DNA of 64,000 nucleotides. It comes from the human T2T-CHM13v2.0 reference genome, Homo sapiens. The stretch lies in assembly GCF_009914755.1 (NCBI RefSeq), contig NC_060942.1. One strand, written 5' to 3'. Shown here in pieces: positions 27,470 through 40,269 of this stretch. Both the position numbers and the translations under genes were made by a program. The stretch's first letter is position 1. Each line of letters begins with the position of its first letter. The notes under the pieces are model-generated. The model had not been told where the DNA came from, made no database searches, and saw only the letters and a list, made by a program, of their open reading frames with translations.

Positions 27470-27780
27470 TATTTAAATAAATATCTATTGACCAATAACT
27501 ATGTTACATCAATTTTCCTAGATAGTAGCGATACAGAACTCAATGAAATAGGCAAATTCCTGTCCTCAAGGAGCTGAAGAGACATGGTAAGAGCATTGAA
27601 ATGGTGATATAGTTTCTGAAGAAAAATTAAACAGGGTGAGTGACAGGTCTAGACAATGACTGGAGCAGGAGTTTCTTATTTTGTACAAGAAAGCTTCTAT
27701 GACTACGTGACATTTGAGTAGAGAGCTGATGAAAATGAAGGAGCAAGACACATGAAGATCTCTGGAAAATAGTTCCCATG
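27470..27780 (-). mobile_element. L2 LINE 3' fragment
   Basis: Contains aaatatctattgacc, ttcctgtcctcaaggagct and gacatttgagtagagagctga. Confidence 0.75.
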
Positions 27781-28519
27781 GTAATATTGCACAGTTGTGT
27801 GTAAAATATGATAAAATATTGCATTATATTGAATCCACGTATATTAATGGATTAGAAAAGGTTGAGGTGATTGTGTTATCTCTGTTTTCTCTGGATTAGG
27901 GATTTGAGATAATGTGTCGTAGGAAATCTGCTTTTCCTATTTCTAGAAACCAGAGACAATAGGCATGGAGAATTTGTTTCTTAGTACACTGATCATATTA
28001 ATAGTACTTCTAGTGAGCAAGCCATTTTTTCCCCAAAGAATGCGTTTACCTGAGATATAATGAGAAAGTTCCTGTCACAACAAATTCAAATGGAAACAGT
28101 AGTAGAATGAGAGAAAGGCTCAGTCTAGAATAGATCATATACGAGGTGGACAGTGTCACTGCAGAAAGCAAAATAAGCAGAAGGCTTGCTTTAAAGCCTA
28201 AAACCATAAAATAGAAAGATTCAAACAGAACCAGTGGGGTCAAAGATATGATAGCTAATTTATCAGAAAAACTAGAATTCAAGGCTATGGGAGTCATTAC
28301 AGAGTAAAGCAATTGAAGAGAACCAATCACCACAATGGGGACAATAACATGAAAGGCAAAGCTGGACCTAGTTCTCTTGGGCCAGCACACTGTCAGTTGT
28401 TGCACTAGTTCCCTGAATTAAGAGGGCTTTTGGCAAATTTAATTGCAGATATAGTAATATAAGCTATTTTAGTTATGAATGTTTTATGTTCATATTTTAT
28501 TATCATTTCATTAAGGAAA

Positions 28520-28760
28520 TAGAGAGTAGCTTGTTTAGCAGTTAAGAGCACTGACTCCGGAGCCAGACTGCCTGTGTTGGAAGCTTAGTTCTTCCCCTAG
28601 TTAGTTATGTGACCTTGGCAAGTTACTCCATCTCTCTGTGCCTCAGTTTCTCCATCTGTAAAATGGAATTAGTATAGCACATTATCTCCCATGTTTGTAA
28701 TAGAGGATTAAATTATCTAAAGTAGCTAAAGCACTTAGATAGTATTATTTGTATTAATCC
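28520..28760 (+). mobile_element. MIR SINE (well preserved)
   Basis: Contains gttaagagcactgactccggagccagactgcctg, gtgaccttggcaagttac and tctctgtgcctcagtttctccatctgtaaaatgg. Confidence 0.92.
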
Positions 28761-30139
28761 CTTGTGATTATGGTCCAGTTTAGGAAGCTTAGCATGATAC
28801 TGGCCAGCATGAAACCTAAGTCTGCATGCGATTTTATTAACCTAGTTTTCTACATTGATATCCAGGCAAAGAATGACAGGCTGCTTGAATCTACCTGTTC
28901 ATAATGACTGAATACAAAGTGGATTGAGTTATAACCATTTTTTTTTTTTACTTAAAGAGGAATGACTACAATTGCACAATTATAATTTCATCATTAGTCA
29001 CTAAAATATATTAGCAGTCTCCAGCTGCCTGAAACTTGGAATGATAAAGGTGTTACCAAAAATAATATAAGCCCTACCAGGACAGGTATTATGTCTATCT
29101 TGGTTGCCATTAGCTCAGCACCTAGCACAGTGTCAGGTTCCGAACTTAAATATTTGTTAAAATAATTAATTCATTGTGTATTTTAACCAATATATTAAAA
29201 CTTAGAAGTCCAAAAGTCATCTCTAACAGAAGCTATATGTGACCCCAATCATGTAAGAATGACCCTTAAAGCCAGATTTCAAAGCAGAATACAAAACCAG
29301 CCACATTTATATCAAGAAAAGCTATCATACACAAGTGCTGTCACCTGATTTGGATTATTAATCTTATTCACTATACTTGAATTATTATAACTAAATGGAT
29401 GTTTTTAAGAAACTAAATTACCCCTCAAATATCAGAATTGATTATCTGATGGGTTCTTTAAGCAAATGTGTTTTGGGCAGTGAAAGACTTCTAAATGAGA
29501 TCTTACAGAGCTGGAATTTAAACACTGGAGGAAAGAGGGTGCAGGCTTTTACAGGAGCTAATTTGAAAGTTTGGAAGCAAGGATGGTATTTTGGATATGC
29601 GATTTTAGAATGTTTAAGAGATTGACCATGCTATTGTGACGCCTTACACTGCATTTCTGAGGAGAATAACTGAGAAGAGGTGTGAGTTTTGAGCAAATGA
29701 GTGATTTTTACATAAAGCTCGGAAAACACTGGGGCCCTTAAATATGATAGTATTTGTGAATATTGGTGAATTAAACTTTTTTAAGTGGGTACATTATAAC
29801 AGATGGAATTATCTTTTAAAATATATCCTAGGCATTATTTGAGAATGAAAAATTTTATTTCCAGCTTAGTTCCCTGTTTCAAGATTGAGATAATTTATGA
29901 ATGAAGGCTCTATGTTCAGTTATATTAGCCCTTGGTAGATTGGTGGTCTGGTCCATTCTCAGGAATTAAATCAATTCAATTTTGTAGTGCTGATGACCAG
30001 ATTGATTAGACAGTATATGATCAGGTCAAATAGAAATTACCACTTGGAATCAACCAATACGAGTGATTAAAAATGGAATTGACCTCAAAATGTTTAATAT
30101 AGTGCCCACTATAGATAGAGACTTCAATAATTATTATCT

Positions 30140-30300
30140 AGGGCAGAAGTTCCAAACTTTGGGTGCACCTGACTCACCTGGAGGGCTTGTTGAAGCACTT
30201 TGCTGGACTCACCCACAGAATGTATGAGGCTAGAAAATTTAAGCTTCTAACTAGTTTCCAAATGACCCTGAGGTTACCCCCTGAGGATCACTGCTCTAGA
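30140..30300. mobile_element. MER5-family MITE
   Basis: Contains gttccaaactttgggtgcacctgactcacctggagggcttgtt and tgaggatcactgctcta. Confidence 0.75.
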
Positions 30301-30934
30301 GAGTAAGCTTTATGTTAGTTGAGTTTAACATATCAAACAGACACAGGTTATAACAATTATTTTTTAGGCAAGAGATTAGTGCTATAGTTATATTTAGATA
30401 TAGAATGAGGGCTAGGGAATATGCAATATTCACACCCTAATATATTCAATATAGGTAGCATATTTTTTTCAGCAATTATACCCCAAACTCTTATTCCATA
30501 ATCAGAAATTTCTGTTGACTGAACGTAAGATAGAGTACATTTCAAATAAGATGTTTCAGATGATGTAAGCTATTAGTAAAGAAGAATTCAGTTTTGGTGA
30601 AATAAATGAGCAATAGTAAGTATACACAATGAAATAATGCACGTGTTCATTTGAGAAAGTATTTGACTACACACACAACACCATGCTATCTACTGAGAAG
30701 ATTTTGAAGGCTTGTAGGCCAGTCATTGTAATCAATCTAGAGGCCCGTGATCTAGTGAAGGGAACATGTTTCAGACATATGCACTGATCAGCAACACTAC
30801 GGAGCCACACATTACTGGTGCCAGAATGGTTGGTGCCAAGGGTCCGTTTTACAGAATACCAAGGCAAGGGGATGTTGGGAACTTGAGTGACCAGGTCAGG
30901 CCTTGTGAAGGAACAGATGTTGGTTTTTACTCAA

Positions 30935-31324
30935 TACTATTCACCAGTGATACCAAATTAAACCAGTAATTGAGGGGATTCTGCCTGAGCGACTTTTGCT
31001 TCTGTACGTTTTCTTCTGAGGAGTATTTCCAGATTTCCAGAGAAATGAAGCAGGTTAATTAAGATGCTAAGAGGCTGGCACAATTTCTGAGCGGATTAAC
31101 GTCATGCAAAATTTCAGTGCAACTAACTGGTGTTTGTTCCTGCTTGCAAAAGCTGTGTTTGTACAACTGGGGCAGAGTCCAAAAGGACTGAAAGAAGTTA
31201 ATTAGTTCAACTTGCCAAAGCCTTGTCATCTGGTTTCAGGACTAGGGAACAGGACAAACCCAATGAATATAAATCTGTACACATATGCAGAAGGTTGTGA
31301 TTATGATTAATATAACTATTCATT
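30935..31324 (+). repeat. Copy A of an ancient duplicated non-coding module (candidate regulatory element)
   Basis: Aligns by eye to 38188-38551, with core blocks 44/49 and 27/30 identical. Confidence 0.85.
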
Positions 31325-31431
31325 TCCATGTTATCAAAGCTGTGGTTTAATAAATTGTTAGCTGAAAATGGAACACAGGTCAGGAGTTTTATGGTGAAAA
31401 AGTGAAGAATGGAAAATGTTTATACTGACAT

Positions 31432-31613
31432 CAGTAGTTCTCTAGCCATGGTCCAGTGCCTTGAAAGTCACATGGGATGTTTGAAAACAATACATATTCC
31501 AGGCTATCACTGCTAGAGTTTTATTCAGAGTATATGGAATGTACTGGAAATCTGTATTTTTAACCAGTTCACCTAGTGATTTGGTTGCATGGCCAGGTTT
31601 GGAAAATATTGGT
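31432..31613. mobile_element. MER5B-like MITE
   Basis: Contains cagtagttctct, ggaaatctgtatttttaaccagttcacctagtgatt and ccaggtttggaaaatattg. Confidence 0.7.
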
Positions 31614-31659
31614 CAAGATATGCACAAAATATGTGCACAGAACACTCTGCTATGCACTG

Positions 31660-32328
31660 TACTCAAAGAGTGAAAATGGAAGTGGGACCAGTTGCTGTTA
31701 CTATCAGTAACCTACTAGCAGAATTTTGGCTTCCTGTTTTCACAATTTTATGCTATCCTGGCCTAGAGGACTTTGTTCTAGAGGAAACTATTCTTCTACC
31801 AGGAGACACAATTCTTCCATTGAACTGGGTTAAGACTGTCACCCAGCCACTTAGGGTTCTATATGCCTCTGAGTCAACAGACAAATAAGGGAGTTATGGT
31901 ACTGGCTGGGTTCAGACTGTTAAGGGGAAGACGGACTACTGCTCCACAAGAGAGGTGAGGAAGAGTTTATAATATGAGAGATTCCTTAGGGTATCTCTTA
32001 GTATGACCCTGTGATTAAGGTCAATGGAAAACTACAACAACCCAATCCACAAATAACTACTAATGGCCCAGACCCTTCAGAAATGAAGGTTTGTTCATTA
32101 TGTATTATAAATTTAACATCATAGTTTTGAAGTTACAAGGTATCAGGAGAAGAGTAAAGATCACCCAAGAACTTCCTTCTCTTTTGGGGAAGGGATTAAT
32201 GTATTTTTGGTTGTATGCAGGATGGTTGTGTCATATTAAGGTGGAATTATGACCTTGTCATTGCCTTTATTGAGAGACTAAGTATTGTTTAAGGAGATAT
32301 GTATAGTGCCAGATTAACAAGAGGAAGA
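31660..32328 (+). mobile_element. ERV-L internal 3' end (degenerate dUTPase region) up to the polypurine tract
   Basis: Translation gives GLEDFVLEETILLPGDTILPLNW, then, frameshifted, MPLSQQTNKGVMVLAG. Both resemble ERV-L dUTPase. Confidence 0.85.
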
Positions 32329-32846
32329 CTCATGATGGTTAATTTTATGTGTCAACTTGTTTGTGCTAAGAGATGCCCAGACAGCTGGTAAAACATTATT
32401 TCTGGATGTGTCTGAGAGTGTTTCCAGAAAAAAATGAGCACTTGAATCTCTAGACTCAGTAAATAAGATTGCTCTCACCAATGTGGGTAGGCATTCTCCA
32501 ATTCCTTGAGGGCCTAAAGAGAAGATGGATGGCCTATTTCAAGCAGTGAATTTGCTCTCTCTGCTTGAGATTAAACAACCATCTTCTCCTGCCCTCAGAC
32601 ATCAGTGTTCCTGGTTCTCAGGTATTTGGACTCAGAGTGAGACTTACACCATAAGCTCCTGTAATTCTCAGGCCTTTGGGCTTATATGGAACTATACCAC
32701 TGGCTTTCCTAGACTTCTAGCTTGCAGATGGTAAATCATGGGACTTCTCAGCTTCTATAATTGTGTGGGCCAATCCCTCATAATATAGCTCTATATATCT
32801 GTATACCCTATTGGTTTTGTTTCTCTAGACAACCCTGACTAATACA
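32329..32846 (+). mobile_element. MLT2 (ERV-L) 3' LTR
   Basis: Contains tgatggttaattttatgtgtcaacttg and ends cctattggttttgtttctctagacaaccctgactaataca. Confidence 0.93.
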
Positions 32847-35379
32847 GTTGCAAAGCCAATTTTGGAGAATATTGGTTGAGATATACGCAAAAGATGTACG
32901 CATAACATTGTGCTATGTCCTTAGAAGATTTAAAATACTTGTAGGTTAGTCCTCACCCAAAGCCCACAGTCTAGTAAAAGAAGCATGTTCCAGAGTATGG
33001 AGCAGTCAGCAACACTATGAAGCAATGGTTTACTGGGACCATATTGTCTGATACTGAGTTTCTATTTGGGAGAGGAAAATGTAATACTCCAGGAACTGAT
33101 CATTGAGCAGTAGGTGACCAGTTTGTTTTCTAGTGATCACAGTCAAATGATGGCTAATCGGGGAGCTTTAATATTTTCTGCAACAGAGCATAGTAGAGGA
33201 GTTATTAGGCTTGGATAGGTGTATATATATACACACATGTGCGCACACACACTGTGCTTAGGAGAGCATTTGACACAGAATGGGAGCTCAATACAAATGC
33301 ACACCATAATGAACAAAGCCACCCTAGTCATTAGGCATTGCCAGAAGAACCAAAATGACATAAGCTCATGAAAATGCTTTGGATAGTTCAAGTGCTTTAT
33401 CAAAACCTGGACAGTATTGCCACTAATTATCATTATTTATATTAATTTTATTTTTGAGCCAATTAGTACTCTTTGTTCATCACAGATGACACACTCAGTT
33501 GGTGTCACTGTGCCATGAATCGATATACTGAGAGCTTAATACACTGTTAGCAGTTTAATATTTTATATTCATTGTGATCAGGCAGTGAGGCATCCCCACT
33601 AAAGATATGGCGAATCAAATGCTTCTTACCAGCACCTCAGCTGCGACTGTAGACCCAAAGAGGAGGGGATGAGAGCACATCATAGAGTCATTCTGTCTCT
33701 CTGGTCACACTCCCTTGCTCCCCACTACTAGGTAGTTTTAATGGTGTTACAGCTGTAATCGGTACCTTCATTTATATCATCTGTGGCTTGGTGTTGGAGA
33801 TATGCTCTCAAGTCTGTGGGTGGGAGGCACCCTGAGGGCACAACACATCTATTACCCTGGAGAAGGTATAACAGGAAACAAATGATAATGGCAAAATGCT
33901 AATGACTTAAATGAGCTGAAAATGATGATATAGCACTTGGAGCTTTCCAGTTTTTCTTGTGATGAGGCAGGGCCTATCGTTAGTTTGACATATAAATGTG
34001 CCTTAGAGAAGTCTTGCAGGATTGTTTGTCCCTCAGTGGTAGAATTCATTAGCATATGGCAGCTCTCTCCAGTGAAGATTACCTGAGGATGTATGTGGAC
34101 CGCCTTTGCACAGATATTGCAATGCAATTGCGCTTAAGGGGGCATTTTGACAAACAAGGCAAACCCATTATTTTTATCCATCTACAATTGCAAATTAATT
34201 GAACAATTAGTAGTAATAGCTTGAATGTACATAACAAGGCACCTTGCATCCCAAAGTACTATCCTGACAAAATATGAGCACTAATTTTCCACTAGTGAGA
34301 GATGGATTCCTCTGGAGTAGGCACAACAGCTGTTGAACAATCATAGCAACCTTTTTCACTATTCCTGTCGGTAGAAAGAGAATGGTATAACGAGCTGAAA
34401 AGGAAGATATAGCTGCCCCCATGGGTGGTTACTGGATAGCTGCAAATAAAGTAAAATACACCTTTCATTTGTTGATTACAGGAAGAGGTTGACATCACTA
34501 GACAGGTTCGATGGAACTCTAAATATAACAGTAGAATTGAAGCTAATACTGGAGCCAATTTCCGTGACTCTATGTCTTAAAATGAACTATTTATTGACTT
34601 GGGGGCTAGACGGGAAGAAAAAAAGTGAAGGTTGGGGGAGAGGGTGGGCCTACATTTTCATATTAAAGCAACTCTTTCCTCACAAAGATTTTTAATCAGA
34701 CATTTTGATTGCAAGTCACCCTGTGATTGTCAGAAGTACCATGCTGTGATTGGAAGAGCTCTTCAAACCCCCACGTTCTCTAGCAGACTCTGTGTCATGG
34801 CTGCTGACAGCTCACCAACACAGAACTGTTAACAAATGCAATTAGCATATATCCCTACTCTGGAGAGATGTCCCCAAGCTCTAGAACTCAAATATTATAA
34901 CTCATAGCACTCTGGACTTTAATAAGTTTAGAAAATATTATTTTTCAAATGAATGGATGATATAATATTTTCTTTTGCTATAGATTGATACATAGGAAAC
35001 ACCTGAGTTTTATGAATGGTTGGCTATTTTTTCCCCTAAAGGGAAGAATAAATAAATATCACCATTGGCACCCTCTTCACAGCCCATCCATAAATTCCTA
35101 TATATTTGCACAATGCCAGAGAGTAGAGGGAATCAGAGCTAAACTGAATATCTTTACCTTGGGCTAAGACTGTGATACATTCTGTTCTAAAGAAAAAAGC
35201 CTTACAGAATAATTACTATCCTTAACATCAGGCATGAATTAAGTTATTTTCTTTGAGTTCTGTGACTTCCATATTTCATCCAAATATTTAACTCTGGTTG
35301 ATGTGACATTTCCCAAACTATCTATTTGGGTGTTATTTCTCTATCCAAAATATTATAAGTTTTCTCCTTGCCTTAAAGA

Positions 35380-35760
35380 ATCAGTCCAATGCATATAATC
35401 TTTTTCTCAGTTTTATTGAAATAATCTTTCCAAAATACTGCTACTACAGTCTCATTCATCTATTATAAAACTCTCATGTTTTCCATTGCCTCCTAGATAG
35501 AATCCAAATGTGCCACTCTGAATTCCAAAACCTTATATAGGCTGGTGCCAATTCATCTTCCTAGAATTTTGTTGCCAGTATTCCTTAGGACAAACACTGA
35601 ATTCTAATCAGACTGCTTGATTACCATCTCTTGGAACCTCCACTTACATTCTGCTTTCTGTATTCTTAGCTCATATTGTTCCCTGTGATTTAGACTATCT
35701 TTCTCCTTATAATCTAGTTGTCTTATATAAATCTTGTAAACATTTTAATATTCCACTTAA
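35380..35760 (+). mobile_element. L2 fragment
   Basis: Contains ataatctttccaaaat and ccattgcctcctagatagaatccaaa. Confidence 0.6.
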
Positions 35761-35799
35761 ATACATATCAAGTGCTTTGTGGGAGTTAAAACACACTTG

Positions 35800-37440
35800 T
35801 TCTAGCAGGGAATAAGGCCAAATAGCCAGGGAGCAAAGACCCAAAATAACATGGAGTTTTTAGCAGTGATGGTGCTTGAGAGATAAAAAAATTGTAGTTC
35901 AAAACCCACCATGAATGAGGAGCCCTAAGAAGCCTTCCAGATTCTCATATAGATATTCCCTTGGAGTAGGAACAATTCTGAAGTAGACTGAGCATTACAG
36001 GGTACAAATCAGCCTCATGTTAGTTCAATACCAGATTAGACAAATGATATGCACTCTTGCTGCTGCCAGAGATAGAATGAACCTACTTGGGAGGAAGAAA
36101 AACTTACCAGAGCCTCTACAAATTTTCACAAACAGGATTCCATCAAAATATGAAACAGCTGCAAAAGAAGACATAGACAATAGAAACAAACCCACAAGTG
36201 ACCTAACTACTGGACTTGTCAGACGTAGCCTTTAAAATAGCTATAATGAATATATCAAGTATAATAGATGTGTGTCATTTCATATTAAAATTCTCAACCT
36301 AACAGAACAGCATAATCCTAAATGTGTATGCACCTCGTAACTCAAATATGTAAAGCAAAAAGCCAAAACTCAACCAACCTGTCAATTTTGAAAGTATTAT
36401 AAAGATATTTTAAACTATAAGAGTTCAGAACATTTATCTCTTATAAATCCTTTTTTTGAAAAGTGTGCTCAAATAAAACTAGGAAGTTTTTGTGTGAAGA
36501 AGCAAGAAAATGGCACAGGATATTCAGGAAACAACATTGAATGATGACAGTCCTGAGCAGGCCTGGAGATCAACCACCCCAGATTGAAGCAGAAGGACAA
36601 TGACTCTGAGAGACACTTCTCAGACAAGCGGGGCACTGATAGAATATGTGTCAGGGAACTAAAAACATTAGATGGGAGACATTGGAAGGAAGATTTTTTA
36701 AAAGGCAAGGAACTTGGAATTACAAAAGAAAAAGTCAAATGAGAAAATACTATGTATTTATGATACCTTAATTGGCTCTGCAGTCAATAAAAATTATGTG
36801 TCATACTGAAACATTTTTATAATAACCAAAAATGATAAAACTACGTTAGGAGGATGGAGCCAGAGAAGGTGTATTGTGTAAGAGATGTAAAGTGACATCT
36901 TTTTGTAGTAAGGCAAAGAGAATGTTTAAAATTGGTAAACCAGCCGGGAGCAGTGGCTCATGCCTGTAATCCCAGCACTTTGGGAGGCTGAGTCGGGCAG
37001 ATCACTTGAGATCAGGAATTCAAGACCAGCCTGGCCAACATGGCAAAACCCCGTCTCTGCTAAAAATACAAAAATTAGCCAGGCATAGTGGTGCGTGCCT
37101 GTAATCGCAGCTAGTCAGGAGGCTGACGCAGGAGAATCACTTGAACCTGGGAGGTGGAGGTTGCAGTGATTATGCAGAGATTATGCCACTGCACTCCAAC
37201 CTGGGCGACAAGAGCAAAACTCTGTCTCAGAAAAAATAATATAATATAATAATTAGTAAACAATAAGTAGCATGATATACAATTATTAGTTAGCAATATA
37301 AAGATAAATATGAGAAGGAAAAAAACTGAGTTAATAGTGGTTGCCTCTGGGAGCAGGATTAGGGTAAGTGTGGGTTAATTCAGAGGACAGCTTTTTACAG
37401 TGTTTTTGTTGCTATGATTACTACTTTGAGATAAAGATTA
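35800..37440 (+). mobile_element. Ancient L1M/HAL1 fragments (interrupted by an Alu)
   Basis: Contains ctttaaaatagctataat, cctaaatgtgtatgcacct and agtggttgcctctgggag. Boundaries are approximate. Confidence 0.5.
36942..37250 (+). mobile_element. AluS (Sx-like)
   Basis: Full dimer with TSD-like aattggtaaac/aattagtaaac on either side. Confidence 0.95.
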
Positions 37441-38187
37441 ATATCTAGTCTTTAAGTGAAAAAAGTGGAAAAAGCATCATGCTAATTATAAGAAGTCTAA
37501 GAAATAGAAAATGATAAAATCATTCTAATTCTACCACCCATACTAGACTGTTCAGTTTTTGTTATATTCCCTCAAGTCATTTATAAAACATACACACATA
37601 CTTTTTAAAACAATAAAATCAAAATGTTACCGCATTAGTTTTTATGCCTAAAATCTTGTTGTGAATATTTTCCCATCCTATCTTATAAATCAAAAACATG
37701 CAGTTCAATGTTTGCAGTTTTCCATATCTCATGAGATTTTATTTAATCATTAACCAATGATGGAATATTTAAGGTGTTTCTAAATTCAAAAGTATTATAA
37801 ATAATGTTGCAATAAATATCCTTTTACACAAACATTACATATCCTTTTATCTAATCAGAGGTTTTTTAAAAATGTAGCCAAAGTTATCTTAAGCAATTAA
37901 AAATGCTTAAGCTTATTAAAAGTACTGATTCTTTGAATGATAAAACTTAAAAATAGAAATGCTCACTCAAGTGTATGACTCATTTTAAACTTCTTGATAC
38001 ATAGCATTACAAAATAGCTTTCTATAAAAGTTGAATGAATAATACTATTAGAGACCAAACTGAGAGATACAGAGAATATGTGATATAAAGGGAGGGGCTT
38101 ATCAGAGTGGACTGGAGGGAGCAGGCAGACCAATGCTCCATGCATAAACTTAGGTTTGACCCTTGCGTCTTTTGGGAAAGTACACCG

Positions 38188-38551
38188 TACCACTCAACAG
38201 CGATGCCAAATAGAACCAATAAATGAGGAGGGGGTGAATTTCTTGCAATTCCTTTGGCTTCACATTTCTTTTGAAGAATGCTCCGTAAGAACTGTAGCAG
38301 GTTAATTAGGATGCTAAGGAGGCTGGCACAATCTCTGTGCAGATCACATCACTCAAGACATTCCTGTAACAACATGGGTTTCTTCTTGCCTGCAAATGCT
38401 GTGTTTATACAACTGGCAGAGAGCTCGACAAGAATGAGGGGAAAAAAACAGGGCGATTTGTTTGGTTTGCTGCAGTCTTGTCATCTTGTGTAGCCCCCAA
38501 AGCTATAAAGCTGCAAACATATGAGTATAATTATTAGTATAATTCTTCATT
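38188..38551 (+). repeat. Copy B of the ancient duplicated non-coding module
   Basis: agcaggttaattaggatgctaaggaggctggcacaat and gctgtgtttatacaactgg match copy A. Confidence 0.85.
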
Positions 38552-38639
38552 ATCACTTTAGAAGAGCTTTGGATGTTAAAAAAAAAATCTATTGATGGAA
38601 AATAGGATAGAAATTGGAAAAACGTATAATGGGGCATGA

Positions 38640-38822
38640 AGGTTGATTTCTAAACTGTGGTGACCTCAGACTTACTTGGGGAGCTTTTAAAAACTATAGT
38701 ATCCCAGATACATTTCCAGATATTTTGATGCTCTTTGTATAGTGTTGACAAGGCCCGGAAATCTGCATTTTTAGCAAGCTTTCAGGGATATTTATTTGGA
38801 TGCACCAGACTTGAGATAACAG
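38640..38822. mobile_element. MER5B-like MITE
   Basis: Contains tttctaaactgtgg, ttggggagcttttaaaaa and ggcccggaaatctgcatttttagcaagct. Confidence 0.65.
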
Positions 38823-40269
38823 ATCATGAAGGAAGTACAGAGAGCATATTTTGCTTTACACTTACCAATCTTTGACTGTGTGTGTATACTGGTTTTATAG
38901 AGCAACTAAAGATATTTGCACATAGTTGAAATTTGTATTTCTTTTGGTTCTAGATAGAGTGAAGATTTTCATTTATTTTTATCTTTACATTGTCTCTTTA
39001 CATTTTAAAAAATCATTTTGCTTCTAGGATATTTGTAATTTTCTTTTCTGGTTTGTAAGAGCTCTTGAAATATTAAGATTTTGTTCTATTTCCTAAGAAT
39101 TTGGAAATAGTGAACATAAATTTAGTCGCTAAGAATGCAACTTAGAAATTAACATATAATAGAATAGAGTATAAATATGAAAAGGTAGCTTTAAGAAAAA
39201 GAATTGCTACCTGGCTGCCAAGAGTTGATTGAATTATTGAATTTATTACCATATTTAAAAAAATCATGGTATTTGTAAAATTACCTATGAAAACGAACAA
39301 AAAATGTGAGTTTAAGTGGCAAATATTAGGTGGCCCAGTCAGCATTGTGGTCTTGAGCAGGTTTAGCCCTATGTTATCTTAGTTCAGTGTTATTAAAGAT
39401 TCAAATCATGCAGCTAACTACCATTGATTTGATTTTATTCTCCCCAAGAAACTCCTTCATTTGCTCCCTGCATGCCTATAGGAAAGGATGTGTTAGGCAG
39501 AGGGCAGATTGTTTGATGTCTCAGCAGTTTTGATTCTTATTACAAATTAATAAACTGGTGTCTTGGTTATATTTTGCATCCTGGGTAAGAATGTGTTGGT
39601 TGGCATTTAAAATTGACTAGTTCCTTCTGCAGTTATTTTTTTATAATTAAATGAAAAAATCTCCCTCTGATTTTATACATCAGTCTCACAAGCTTGCTAA
39701 ATATGAGTTAAACCCTGAAACCCTGATAGGTTTACTCAGTCACTAAAAACATCCAAAACTCAAAATAGCAAAACCAAAAAGCATCCTGAAAACATGAAGG
39801 TGTGGGCATCCAATATAGGACCTCTGACCTTGGAGATTATCAGGTTTTCCTGCAGACCCCTGCAACTTCCTCAGTGTTGTGCTTAATGAATCTTTTACAG
39901 TATCTAAAGCTTCCCCTATTAATCTGGAGATAATTTGTACAGTTTATTATTTGATTTTCATTTTGTGTATAGTGTTAAAATTACTCAAATATGTGCAATG
40001 TAGGATACAATTATGTATTCATAATTTTATGAGTATACTCATATTGCATGTTTAACTTGGTATTCTGTGGATGCTCAATAATTCTTGATAATACCCAAAG
40101 AACCTATCATCTGTGCAGTTTTAATTATTTCCTGTGAAACTGATTTCCTCTAAGAAGGAAAGGAATTGAAAACATAAACTTGAGCCCAGAACCTGGTCCA
40201 TGCTTCCACATGTACCTTTGTCTGGTCTTCATGGTCTTGCGGTACTATGAATTTAGTTGTTCTGGTAAA

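Noticed and set aside
38022-38493. ORFs overlapping module copy B as a duplicated small-protein gene
   Set aside because: The frames are not preserved in copy A (indels and stops), and substitutions show no codon periodicity.
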